From IMG/VR virus record IMGVR_UViG_3300030060_007423, positions 96,001 through 160,000 of that record: a DNA stretch of 64,000 bases, one strand, 5' to 3'. The DNA is from a virus. The translations under genes and the position numbers were made by a program. Of the stretch, positions 29,188-38,354 are shown one piece after another. The notes beneath the pieces are model-generated. The model ran no database searches. It was not told where the DNA came from and saw only the letters and a list, made by a program, of their open reading frames with translations. How positions within the stretch are numbered: the stretch's first letter is position 1; each line of letters opens with the position of its first letter.

Positions 29188-30393
29188 ATGAAAAATGTAA
29201 TCTTAAAAGCTGGTCTTAACGAGAGTGGTAAACCAGTATTGACTGACAAGGTTGGCAATCAGTTTGAATGTCCTGTAAAGGATAAAGCCAACAAACAAAA
29301 ATTAACGTGGGCTGTTAAAAAAGAAGCCTATGTAAAAGTAATAATGAAGGAGGGCGGAGCCATGTCCTACTCAGTATCTAATAGTAGTACTGAAAAGGAT
29401 TGGACTAAAGATGCCACGTCTATATTGACAGACCAGTGGTTGAATAAACCTGCTGCTAATGTACCTGCTGAACAGGCTGAGGTAATGGCATTCATTCAGA
29501 AATCTCCTGAGTTAAAACCAGATACTCTTAAGATGCAAGACCTTAAATGGAAATATCTTGTTAGGTCTGCAATGAGAGGTAAAAATATTATGATGACTGG
29601 TCCTGCAGGATGTGGTAAAACTATGGCAGCTAAAACTGTTGTGAACGCATTAGACAGACCAGAATTTTATTTCAACCTTGGGGCAACTCAAGATCCTAGA
29701 GCTACCTTAATTGGTAATGTCCACTTCAATAAAGAGAGTGGTACGTTCTTCTCTGAATCAATGTTTGTGAAAGCAATACAGACTGAGAATGCTGTAATAC
29801 TCATGGATGAGCTTTCACGTGCTCACCCCGAGGCTTGGAATATATTAATGACTGTATTAGACGAAGGTCAGAGATACTTAAGGTTAGATGAAGCTGATGG
29901 CTCTCCAACTATTAAAGTAGCTCCAGGTGTAACATTTATCGCTACTGCCAATATAGGTAATGAATATACAGCGACAAGAGTTATGGACCGAGCGTTATTA
30001 GACAGGTTTATTATTGTAGAGATGGATACTCTAAATGCTTCTGAGGAGTTTGAGTTGTTAACAAAACTATTTCCTAATGTGGATACTAAAACAGTTAACG
30101 CCATATCTGAAATTGCTCATGCTACTAGAGTTGAGGTTAAGAGTGAAGTTGCGAGAATCTCTACTTCTATTTCTACCAGAGCTTGTGTTGAAATGACTAG
30201 CCTTGTTTACGACGGGTTTAGTTTAACAGAAGCTGCTGAGGTTATTATGTATCCACAATACGATGATGCGGGTGGAGCTGATAGCGAAAGAACATTCGTA
30301 AAACAACTTGTACAGAAATTCTGTGACGATGGTACCGATGAAGATTTATTCAACACTGAAGATGTTGACGGTGCTGATGACAACCAGCAATAA
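29188..30393 (+). CDS. MoxR/CbbQ/CobS-type AAA+ ATPase
   Basis: GPAGCGKT, LMDELSR, IATAN and DRALLDRF motifs. Confidence 0.92.
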   Translation: MKNVILKAGLNESGKPVLTDKVGNQFECPVKDKANKQKLTWAVKKEAYVKVIMKEGGAMSYSVSNSSTEKDWTKDATSILTDQWLNKPAANVPAEQAEVMAFIQKSPELKPDTLKMQDLKWKYLVRSAMRGKNIMMTGPAGCGKTMAAKTVVNALDRPEFYFNLGATQDPRATLIGNVHFNKESGTFFSESMFVKAIQTENAVILMDELSRAHPEAWNILMTVLDEGQRYLRLDEADGSPTIKVAPGVTFIATANIGNEYTATRVMDRALLDRFIIVEMDTLNASEEFELLTKLFPNVDTKTVNAISEIAHATRVEVKSEVARISTSISTRACVEMTSLVYDGFSLTEAAEVIMYPQYDDAGGADSERTFVKQLVQKFCDDGTDEDLFNTEDVDGADDNQQ

Positions 30394-30409
30394 GCGACGA
30401 TTGCTAAGA

Positions 30410-30445
30410 AGGGGGGTGGACATTTAGAGCCATCCCCTATTCTAT
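30410..30445 (+). terminator. GC-rich hairpin, probable terminator
   Basis: GGGGTGG/CCATCCCC stem. Confidence 0.55.
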
Positions 30446-30525
30446 TGTTAATAACTTTGTTAATAACTTTAGAAAATAACTATGAAATAATTTTTATTTC
30501 CCAACAATAATAGTTATATTTATAT
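30446..30525 (+). promoter_or_regulatory. Early-promoter cassette, copy 5 (two boxes)
   Basis: Boxes at 30446 and 30458; TTTCCCAA...TAGTTATATTTATA. Confidence 0.75.
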
Positions 30526-30557
30526 TATAAATAACGGATTAAACTAATAGAGATACT

Positions 30558-32567
30558 ATGACAAATTATTCAAGCTTTTGGTTAGATGACAATTTTGACA
30601 ATGACATTGACATTCTGACAGGTGAATCAATCGTGAAACCTGGTAAGGACCTCATCAAGCTAGCCGGTTATCAAAGAGCAATCGCTAACTTTGTTAACAT
30701 CGTAACAGGTAAACACGTTCCTGTTAAATTCAAACAAAATGGTAATAGCTATACTGATGGCAAATCTATCGTGATTAGCTCAAGTCTAAAGGACAAGGAT
30801 TTCGACCCTGCTGTTGGACTTGCTCTTCACGAAGGTAGCCACATATTGTTGTCTGACTTTCAATTCCTTAAAGACTTAGAGAGCCACATACCTGCTGACA
30901 TTACAAATACAGTAATGATTAAATATGATTATGATAGATACAACGCTAACTATCATATCTTAAATAATCTAAAAGATTTGTTAAACATTGTTGAGGACAG
31001 ACGTATTGACAACTACGTGTTTAAGTCTGCTCCTGGTTATAAAGGTTACTACCACTCAATGTATGACAAATACTTTAACTCTAAAATTATAGACAAAGGA
31101 TTGGCAAGTTCTGAATTTAGAATCCCAACCTTTGAAGCTTATATGTTCCGTATCTGTAACATTACTAATAACCATAGAGACCTCAACGCATTACCTGGTC
31201 TAAGAAAGATATGGAATCTAATGGACTTAAAGAATATCGGTGATGTAAAGAGTACTGAAGAGGCCTTTCAAATTGCTTGTGAAATATATAAAGTAATTGA
31301 AGAAAACATTGAGGCTCCTAAACCAGAGGATAATGATTGTGATGGCAATTGTGATGGTGATGGTAATGAACAACAAACTGAGAATAGAGATGGCGGTACT
31401 CCTAAAACACCAGAAGGAGAATCTGATGACGATGGTTCTACTACAACAGGTACTGATTGTACTAATGGTAATACCACATCAACTATTGACTTAGAGGATT
31501 TAACTGACAAACAAAAACAACAGTTAAAGAAAGCTATTCAAAAGCAAAAGAGTTTCCAGGATGGAGATATTAAGAAAGGCGGAATGAGTAAGAAAGATGC
31601 TAGTTCATTAAATGCTATTCAGCAAGGAGATGTTGAGGTTACTAATGTTGGTAATGGAGTAGACGGATGGAGAAAGACTAGTGGTGGTACTAACTGTATT
31701 GTTATTAATGGTATTACTAAAACATTGATTGATGAGAATCCATTTGACGTGTTTATCAACAAAGACTGGTATGGTAGTAGAATGGAGCAGTTTCAACACT
31801 CTGTAGACAAAGGACTTGTATTAGGACAAAAACTTGGTAGAAAGTTACAGGTTAGAAACGAGGAGAACAGCCTTAGATACACACGATTGAATACAGGAAA
31901 GATAGATAAAAGATTGATTGCTAGTTTAGGCTATGGTGCTGAGAGTGTATTTGAACAAGTATTTACTAGCAGCCATAACGATGCCAACGTACATATCTCA
32001 GTAGATGCTAGTGGTAGTATGAGTGGCCGTAGATATAACAAGGCTATGACTACCTGCGTGGCTATAGCTAAAGCAGCCAGCATGGTTGGTAATCTAAACG
32101 TTCAGATAAGCTTCCGTACTACAGTGGAAAGTGGTGGCACTAACACACCATGTATAGTGATAGCGTATGACTCTAGAAAAGACAAGATCGTAACGATTAA
32201 ATCACTATTCAAATACTGTGTAACTCTAGGGACAACACCAGAAGGACTATGTTTCGAGGCCATTCAAAAACACATGGTACAGAGCAATGGTAGTATGGAT
32301 AGCTACTTTATAAACCTCTCAGATGGAGAACCTTATTTTGAGAACCGAGATATTCAATATTGGGGCCAGACAGCTGCTAGCCATACCGCAAAACAAGTGA
32401 AAAACATGCGTGGTGGTGGTATAGAGGTACTGAGCTACTATATAGATGGTGGTAGCGACGTTAGTGCCCAATTTAAGACTATGTATGGTGCCTCTAGCGC
32501 TAGTATAGATACAAACAACCTTACCCAACTGGCCACTACTCTAAATAAATTATTCCTTGGCCAGTAG
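30558..32567 (+). CDS. CobT-like vWA (MIDAS) protein with N-terminal HExxH domain; partner of the MoxR ATPase
   Basis: LHEGSH, NIVEDRRI, DASGSMS, TPEG and LSDG motifs. Confidence 0.88.
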   Translation: MTNYSSFWLDDNFDNDIDILTGESIVKPGKDLIKLAGYQRAIANFVNIVTGKHVPVKFKQNGNSYTDGKSIVISSSLKDKDFDPAVGLALHEGSHILLSDFQFLKDLESHIPADITNTVMIKYDYDRYNANYHILNNLKDLLNIVEDRRIDNYVFKSAPGYKGYYHSMYDKYFNSKIIDKGLASSEFRIPTFEAYMFRICNITNNHRDLNALPGLRKIWNLMDLKNIGDVKSTEEAFQIACEIYKVIEENIEAPKPEDNDCDGNCDGDGNEQQTENRDGGTPKTPEGESDDDGSTTTGTDCTNGNTTSTIDLEDLTDKQKQQLKKAIQKQKSFQDGDIKKGGMSKKDASSLNAIQQGDVEVTNVGNGVDGWRKTSGGTNCIVINGITKTLIDENPFDVFINKDWYGSRMEQFQHSVDKGLVLGQKLGRKLQVRNEENSLRYTRLNTGKIDKRLIASLGYGAESVFEQVFTSSHNDANVHISVDASGSMSGRRYNKAMTTCVAIAKAASMVGNLNVQISFRTTVESGGTNTPCIVIAYDSRKDKIVTIKSLFKYCVTLGTTPEGLCFEAIQKHMVQSNGSMDSYFINLSDGEPYFENRDIQYWGQTAASHTAKQVKNMRGGGIEVLSYYIDGGSDVSAQFKTMYGASSASIDTNNLTQLATTLNKLFLGQ

Positions 32568-32799
32568 AGGGTACAGGCGACTCGCCACAGGCTATCTAAG
32601 GCCGTGTAGTGAACTAGCCAAAGAAAAAATCTGCAAGTGAATGCAGTGGGACTATTTCTTGTTAACAGCAAGATATGTGTGTGTAGCATTGTGCATTAGT
32701 CCATCTTTGTACAGGAGACGATTTTTTCTTGTATATAAGTGATAGTAGTAGAAGAGTGTTTAACACTATAAAAGTATAAATTAATTAAATATAGATAAT

Positions 32800-33195
32800 A
32801 TGAAAGACAACACAGAGAAATGGAAGTATAGTTATCCATATCAGACAAGGATAGCAACTATTGAACAGGAATATGGTGAACTAGGACAACAGGTACCTGC
32901 AGGATTCTACTTCAGGGATGGCGAGATAATTCGAGCTCTGCTCGATTTTGTGAAACAAAGTGGACCCTGTACATGGACTGAAATGAGCATGGAATACCAC
33001 TACCTGTTCACAAACATGGAATATCATCCAGTCAATCACCGTGGTGGTAGTTTCAGTAGTGGTCACTATCGTAGCCTAATGACACCAAGACGTAGAAGGA
33101 TAGGCAATGGCAATTATGAATATATCCGTAAAGGAGATGATGGTCTATACCGATACCATACACATGCTCTGGGTTATAGTGGTGTTAATTGTTAA
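32800..33195 (+). CDS. Hypothetical protein
   Basis: ORF. Confidence 0.6.
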   Translation: MKDNTEKWKYSYPYQTRIATIEQEYGELGQQVPAGFYFRDGEIIRALLDFVKQSGPCTWTEMSMEYHYLFTNMEYHPVNHRGGSFSSGHYRSLMTPRRRRIGNGNYEYIRKGDDGLYRYHTHALGYSGVNC

Positions 33196-33246
33196 TAACT
33201 TTTTCATCAATAATTTTTATTTCCCAACTATTATGGTTATATTTAA
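33190..33246 (+). promoter_or_regulatory. Early-promoter cassette, copy 6
   Basis: TGTTAATAACTTT...TTTCCCAA...GGTTATATTTA. Confidence 0.75.
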
Positions 33247-33271
33247 TTATCAAATAAAAACAAACTAGATT

Positions 33272-33826
33272 ATGTCAGCTATCTGTAAATCATGTCAGTG
33301 CACTATTCCTGCTGGTCGGGTTAGTCTTGGCTATAATGTATGTGTTGATTGTAGTACCGAAGAGGCAGTGGCCTGTGTAGATATTACATATCACAAAACT
33401 GGTAATACTATTCAAATAACAGACCAAGACACTGCTAGGCGAATCAATAAGTTGGCCTCACGTAGTGGTTATGGTATCATGCGTGGCCTTCGTGGTGGCA
33501 AGTCATCAACTGACAAGACTACTCTGTCCACTACTCCTCGCAATGCTAAACCATTTCGTGAATACACTCATAGTGACCTAGAGCGTGTCCTTGAGGTTGC
33601 TATTGATTGGATGGAGATGGATTCCCGTGACCGTGCCATTGCGCATGTCGAGAATGCACTATCTAACAAAATGATTAGTGGTATACAACGCCGACGCATT
33701 ATGGAGATACTTGCAACCATGTTCCCAGAACCTGTAGTTGAGGAGTCAAGTACTGTACAGGAAACAATAGACCCTGAAATCGAATTTACATTTCGTAACT
33801 GGCGTAATAGTAGAATCTATAAATAA
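33272..33826 (+). CDS. Protein with N-terminal DksA/TraR-like C4 zinc finger
   Basis: CKSCQCTIPAGR......CVDC. Confidence 0.6.
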   Translation: MSAICKSCQCTIPAGRVSLGYNVCVDCSTEEAVACVDITYHKTGNTIQITDQDTARRINKLASRSGYGIMRGLRGGKSSTDKTTLSTTPRNAKPFREYTHSDLERVLEVAIDWMEMDSRDRAIAHVENALSNKMISGIQRRRIMEILATMFPEPVVEESSTVQETIDPEIEFTFRNWRNSRIYK

Positions 33827-33953
33827 AACTATATGAAAACAATAATTGGCAAAATCAAATCATGGCATGCCTACTGGGTATGGATTGAACAGGAAAAAAT
33901 AAAAGCTGCTATACATACGTGTAGTGGTACAGGTTTATATTAAAAACAAGATT

Positions 33954-34115
33954 ATGATTAACTATTTACTTTGTGGATTTATATTCACACTAACTATGGA
34001 ACTTATTAACTCACAACTCAGGTTGAATGTTGACTGGCCAATGCGGACGTTAATGGTCCTTGCATGGCCGTTGTGTCTGGTTGTTTGGTTGTATCACTTC
34101 ATAAAGGAATTGTAA
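33954..34115 (+). CDS. Small membrane protein
   Basis: Hydrophobic; LAWP. Confidence 0.5.
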   Translation: MINYLLCGFIFTLTMELINSQLRLNVDWPMRTLMVLAWPLCLVVWLYHFIKEL

Positions 34116-34118
34116 TGG

Positions 34119-34166
34119 GTGCCGCATCGCATGTGAGACTTCGCAGGGGTGGTGGCGTGGCGGCCG
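34119..34166 (-). repeat. GC-rich element, right (inverted) copy
   Basis: GTGC..CATCGCATGTG..ACTTCGC-G-tract-CGGCCG. Confidence 0.75.
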
Positions 34167-34172
34167 TGAAAT

Positions 34173-34246
34173 GGACCAGTAGCTCAGCTGGATAGAGCAA
34201 CAGCCTTCTAAGCTGTAGGTCATAGGTTCGAATCCTATCTGGTTCA
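34173..34246 (+). tRNA. trnR: tRNA-Arg(TCT)
   Basis: GGACCAG/CTGGTTC acceptor stem; D arm; anticodon loop CTTCTAA; GTTCGAATC T loop; CCA not encoded. Confidence 0.95.
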
Positions 34247-34394
34247 CAAAGGATAAATTATATGGTAGAATTTTTGAAACATTTTTTTGGAGTATGTGGA
34301 GAACCACATCCCAGTGTACTAACTATCCTAATGGGTACGCCTGTTGTGGGATACATAATTTACAATATAAGACAATATATAAAAGGAAAGAATA

Positions 34395-34634
34395 ATGACA
34401 GATAAGCAATGGAGAAAGTTTGGCGAGATACAATATCTTAGAGGACGACTAGATGAAATGTTTAAGATTGATACTTTACTGGATTTTGATATGAGTGGTA
34501 TGAGAAGAATAGATGCAAGGATTGCAAAGTATATGGACAAACTCAAATCAGTAGATGAAATGACTTATGAACTATATTTGATAGAGCGTGATAATATATA
34601 CCATAAGATACGTAAATTAACAAAGGATTGTTAA
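34395..34634 (+). CDS. Hypothetical protein
   Basis: ORF. Confidence 0.6.
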   Translation: MTDKQWRKFGEIQYLRGRLDEMFKIDTLLDFDMSGMRRIDARIAKYMDKLKSVDEMTYELYLIERDNIYHKIRKLTKDC

Positions 34635-34710
34635 TAACTTTTTTACATATTATATGAAAATAACTATGAAAATATTTTTATTTCCCAAATATTCTAGTTA
34701 TATTTATATA
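34629..34710 (+). promoter_or_regulatory. Early-promoter cassette, copy 7
   Basis: TGTTAATAACTTT...GAAAATAACTATGAAA...TTTCCCAA...CTAGTTATATTTATA. Confidence 0.8.
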
Positions 34711-34746
34711 TAAATAAATAACTAATACTAATTAAAAAATAACACT

Positions 34747-35274
34747 ATGCCTAGAACTAAAAAGCCTAATGAAGTAATTTACGGAATTGAAATTACTAAA
34801 CCTCATTCATCAGAAATGTATTCTCACAACCACATGGTTGCTGACGAAATGAAAGCCAATATTCTCAACAAATGGAATGCTTTGATATATGGAATTGACC
34901 CTGAAACGGATTGGGAAGATTTTGCAGATAATGAAAGTACTGTTGAGCTTCAAAAATTAGTTTGCTTTTCTGGCTATGGTAGCGGTTATACTTTAGGTGA
35001 TGTAGATAAAGAGTTTAGAAATGAACTGGAGAATATGCAGAACTATGCTATTCACGAAGAATACTCTTACGGTTGTTTTTCAGGACTTCTACCTAGAACT
35101 AGTTTTATGATGGTTGGTCACGGTTGGTCAAAGCATGACTACCACAATAAAGGAGCGGAATCTAATCTTTCTCCTCATGCACCTGTTCCATGTTCAAAAG
35201 AATTGGATATTGAAATGGCAACTGAATCTGAAAACTTTGAATTTTTAACTGGCGAAGCCTTAATAAACCACTAG
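34747..35274 (+). CDS. Hypothetical early protein
   Basis: ORF behind promoter. Confidence 0.65.
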   Translation: MPRTKKPNEVIYGIEITKPHSSEMYSHNHMVADEMKANILNKWNALIYGIDPETDWEDFADNESTVELQKLVCFSGYGSGYTLGDVDKEFRNELENMQNYAIHEEYSYGCFSGLLPRTSFMMVGHGWSKHDYHNKGAESNLSPHAPVPCSKELDIEMATESENFEFLTGEALINH

Positions 35275-35279
35275 GAGAT

Positions 35280-35942
35280 ATGAATGAAACACCGTTTACA
35301 AAAACACTACAGAGAATAACAGAAGCTGAAGAACATTATGGAGAATGGATTGCTCCAAACTTACAGGCAGATGGTTGGACAGGTACATATAGTCTTGCAG
35401 TTGACCAAATATCAAAAGACATACCTCAAACTAAAAATGGTTGGAATTGGTCAAATATACTTGCAGATAGTAAAGGTCGTGGTGTAGAGTTGGCAATAAA
35501 GGTTAAAGAAGATGGTTGGGGTAAATGGGAATACCATCCACATGTTGAGAGTGTAAAGTATTATATTGCCAAGTTAAAACAAAAAGGTATAAAGGTTTAT
35601 GACTGGCAAATCATTAATGATAGCTGGGCCGTAAATGCATTAGAACGTTTAGGGCTTGAAGAAGTAACAAGGTGGTGTCAAGAAAAGGGTGGTACTCTCA
35701 GGTTCAAAGACCCTCACATGGTAAACTATAAAACCTATTACACATTTCATATAAGAACTGGCTATGTTCGTAGAACACAACATGGACCTAATCCTTGGGG
35801 TAGTGGAAAACGGTGGACATGTTATCAAATTGCTGGTACTAACAGAAAAAAGATATATAATAACTTTCCAAGAATGGTTCACAAAGCTTTAAGGTCTATT
35901 GAAAGATACCAACAAAATAACTGGGATACATTAGATATATAA
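35280..35942 (+). CDS. Hypothetical protein
   Basis: 220-aa ORF. Confidence 0.65.
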   Translation: MNETPFTKTLQRITEAEEHYGEWIAPNLQADGWTGTYSLAVDQISKDIPQTKNGWNWSNILADSKGRGVELAIKVKEDGWGKWEYHPHVESVKYYIAKLKQKGIKVYDWQIINDSWAVNALERLGLEEVTRWCQEKGGTLRFKDPHMVNYKTYYTFHIRTGYVRRTQHGPNPWGSGKRWTCYQIAGTNRKKIYNNFPRMVHKALRSIERYQQNNWDTLDI

Positions 35943-35957
35943 TTAAAAATAATAAAA

Positions 35958-36341
35958 ATGGTAAAAAAGAAAAAGCATAAATTCAAAATAGGCGACAACG
36001 TAACATTCAAGTTCTTTGATGGTGGTACATACACTGGCGTTGTTGACAAGCTTTCATATATGGGAGAGCTTACAGGAAATGTAAACTATCAGTTACCACA
36101 AATTAGAGTAGCTGTTAAAAATAAAAATGTCAAGTACCCTTACACTTATTATCCCATTAGCGAGCATTATGTACTTAAACGCAATGGAAAGGTTAACCCT
36201 AATGCAATCAACCTTCCAAGCAAAGATAATAAGCCCAAGAGGAAGGCTAGTAGTAAAATTGCAAAGACTAATAATAAGTCTGAATTGCAACAAGCAATCG
36301 ATAAACAAAAAGAATTCTTAAATCACAATTATGAAAACTAA
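35958..36341 (+). CDS. Hypothetical protein (FKIGD SH3/KOW-like start)
   Basis: ORF. Confidence 0.55.
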   Translation: MVKKKKHKFKIGDNVTFKFFDGGTYTGVVDKLSYMGELTGNVNYQLPQIRVAVKNKNVKYPYTYYPISEHYVLKRNGKVNPNAINLPSKDNKPKRKASSKIAKTNNKSELQQAIDKQKEFLNHNYEN

Positions 36342-36711
36342 ATTAGAAATACATAAAGGTGTACACGTCAAAAAAAGTAAAGGTAGAGGTTGGGGTGTAT
36401 TCACTAGTGAAAAAATAAATAAAGGAGATATTGTAGAGGAGTGTATTATTCCCTATGATGTTTTACCTATTGGTTCAACTGCATTACCAAACTATAGATA
36501 TGTTTGGCCAAACCGTACAAATTATACTGCATATTGTATAGCGCTAGGCTTTGGTTGTATATACAATCACAATGAAGAAAGTCCAAATATTGATTGGGAC
36601 CTTGACCCTGAAGAAAGAATAATGCGGTTTACAGCAATAAAGGATATTGATGCAGGTGACGAACTAATGTTTGACTATCAATCTCCAGTATTAAACTTTG
36701 AAACTAAATAA
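36331..36711 (+). CDS. SET-domain lysine methyltransferase
   Basis: GRGWGVFT, YNH...PN and DI.AGDELMFDY motifs. Confidence 0.88.
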   Translation: MKTKLEIHKGVHVKKSKGRGWGVFTSEKINKGDIVEECIIPYDVLPIGSTALPNYRYVWPNRTNYTAYCIALGFGCIYNHNEESPNIDWDLDPEERIMRFTAIKDIDAGDELMFDYQSPVLNFETK

Positions 36712-36712
36712 T

Positions 36713-37222
36713 ATGTCAAAGAAACAAAATTTAATTAAATATATTAATAGTACACATGATGTATTTGAGCTGGGTACTATAGTTGAACAAAAGTCAAGTG
36801 ATAACTTAGATGTTGCATTTGAACAGTTAGATGATACGTATAGTAAAAAGGTATTACTGAATTCATATAATCATATGGGCCAACTAAATTTACCTGCAGC
36901 TACGCCAGGAGTATATCGTTTATCATATTATGGTGTAGTATTCTATATTGGTTCTAGTACTAAGGATATGTCAAATAGAACAAATAGTCATAAACTGGAT
37001 ATTGAAAGAAAAGATAAAAAGTTTAAGTTTGTCTGGGATATTGCAAATGACAAATTAGAGCCAGAAGGTCTAATGGTTGAATATAGACCAACGACTAATT
37101 TTATGGCACCAGCATTTGAACTGTGGTCAATTATTAAACATCAGCCTGCATGCAATAGCTCTGGTACATCTAAAACAGCAGCTGATAAAAAAAATGATGA
37201 TGGGAGTGAAAAAAGTTCGTAA
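36713..37222 (+). CDS. GIY-YIG nuclease-like protein
   Basis: PGVY...FYIGSS....R...H...E...P..N. Confidence 0.7.
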   Translation: MSKKQNLIKYINSTHDVFELGTIVEQKSSDNLDVAFEQLDDTYSKKVLLNSYNHMGQLNLPAATPGVYRLSYYGVVFYIGSSTKDMSNRTNSHKLDIERKDKKFKFVWDIANDKLEPEGLMVEYRPTTNFMAPAFELWSIIKHQPACNSSGTSKTAADKKNDDGSEKSS

Positions 37223-37323
37223 ACCTAGCTATAATCCCATGAGAAATGGTTATATTGAATAAATCAATAAACAATTGCATTTATCAAATATATTATTTAC
37301 CAAACTTATAAAAATTATAAAGT

Positions 37324-38322
37324 ATGATTAATTATGGATACGCTTGTATTAACCTAGAGTTAAGAAAGCAAAAAATTACAACTAATCGTGGAATGATTAG
37401 AAGAACCTTCGACGCAAAGGGTCTACCCTATGTATCTGAAATAGCTATAAAAAATATTACTGACCAATTAAAGATTGTACAATGGAATATCGAAAATGGT
37501 ATTAGTGTATATCGAATGTCAGGTAGTTTATTTCCGTGGATGAGTGAATATGAATTTTCTGAATTACCCGAGTACGATACTATTAAATCTATACTTGCTG
37601 AAACAGGTAAGTTAGCTATGGATAATGGACAAAGACTATCCTTCCACCCTGGACAATTTTGTGTTCTTTGTTCACCTACACCAAAGACTGTTGACAATGC
37701 AATTATTGAACTGGATAGACATTCACAAATAATGGATATGATGGGATTACCAATATCACCAGCTGCAAAGATTAACATACATGTTGGTGGTGCCTATGGT
37801 GATAAAGAATCAGCACTTAAACGTTGGTGTAAAAATTTCAAAAGATTAGAACCAAATACTCAGAAACGTTTAGTTGTTGAAAATGACGACAAAGCAAGTA
37901 TGTATTCAGTACAAGATTTATATGAAGGTGTACATAAGGTTATAGGCATACCAATTACATTTGATTATTATCATCATAAGTTCTGCACAGGTGGATTGAC
38001 AGAGGAAGAAGCGCTAAAGCTAGCTGCAAGTACCTGGCCAAAAGATATAAGACCATGTACTCATTATTCAGAATCTAGAAGATATGAGCAGAAACTTATG
38101 ATGGAACAAATATGTGAACGTAATGATATTCCATTTAAGGCATTAGAAGAAACGCCAGACGAATGGCCTACATTATCTAATCACCTTAAGGAATTCAAAA
38201 AAACTAAAGAGCAAGCACATTCAGATTATATATTGGAAAAACCAGATTGCTATGGTTTGGACATTGACTGTGTTGTAGAAGCAAAAGCAAAAGAACAATC
38301 AATTATTAATTTTATTAACTAA
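37324..38322 (+). CDS. uvsE: UV-damage endonuclease UvsE/UvdE
   Basis: GYACIN, RLSFHPGQF, NIHVGG, VENDD, FDYYHH, HYSE, AHSD and EAKAKE motifs. Confidence 0.93.
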   Translation: MINYGYACINLELRKQKITTNRGMIRRTFDAKGLPYVSEIAIKNITDQLKIVQWNIENGISVYRMSGSLFPWMSEYEFSELPEYDTIKSILAETGKLAMDNGQRLSFHPGQFCVLCSPTPKTVDNAIIELDRHSQIMDMMGLPISPAAKINIHVGGAYGDKESALKRWCKNFKRLEPNTQKRLVVENDDKASMYSVQDLYEGVHKVIGIPITFDYYHHKFCTGGLTEEEALKLAASTWPKDIRPCTHYSESRRYEQKLMMEQICERNDIPFKALEETPDEWPTLSNHLKEFKKTKEQAHSDYILEKPDCYGLDIDCVVEAKAKEQSIINFIN

Positions 38323-38354
38323 GACCGGCTTGCAGCCCAACTGCTAAATTAAAG

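Noticed and set aside
27576-34166. Transposon or invertible segment
   Set aside because: No transposase or invertase, no target duplication seen, and gene orientation is unchanged. Kept only as an unexplained inverted pair.
21725-34710. Repeated TGTTAATAACTTT elements as a CRISPR array or integron attC sites
   Set aside because: Spacing is irregular and gene-sized, there is no cas or integrase in the window, and the repeats carry promoter elements.
33260-35280. Further gene-enclosing inverted repeats (TAGATT/AATCTA around 33272; CCTAG/CTAGG around 34747)
   Set aside because: Only 5-6 bp, which is expected by chance in AT-rich DNA.
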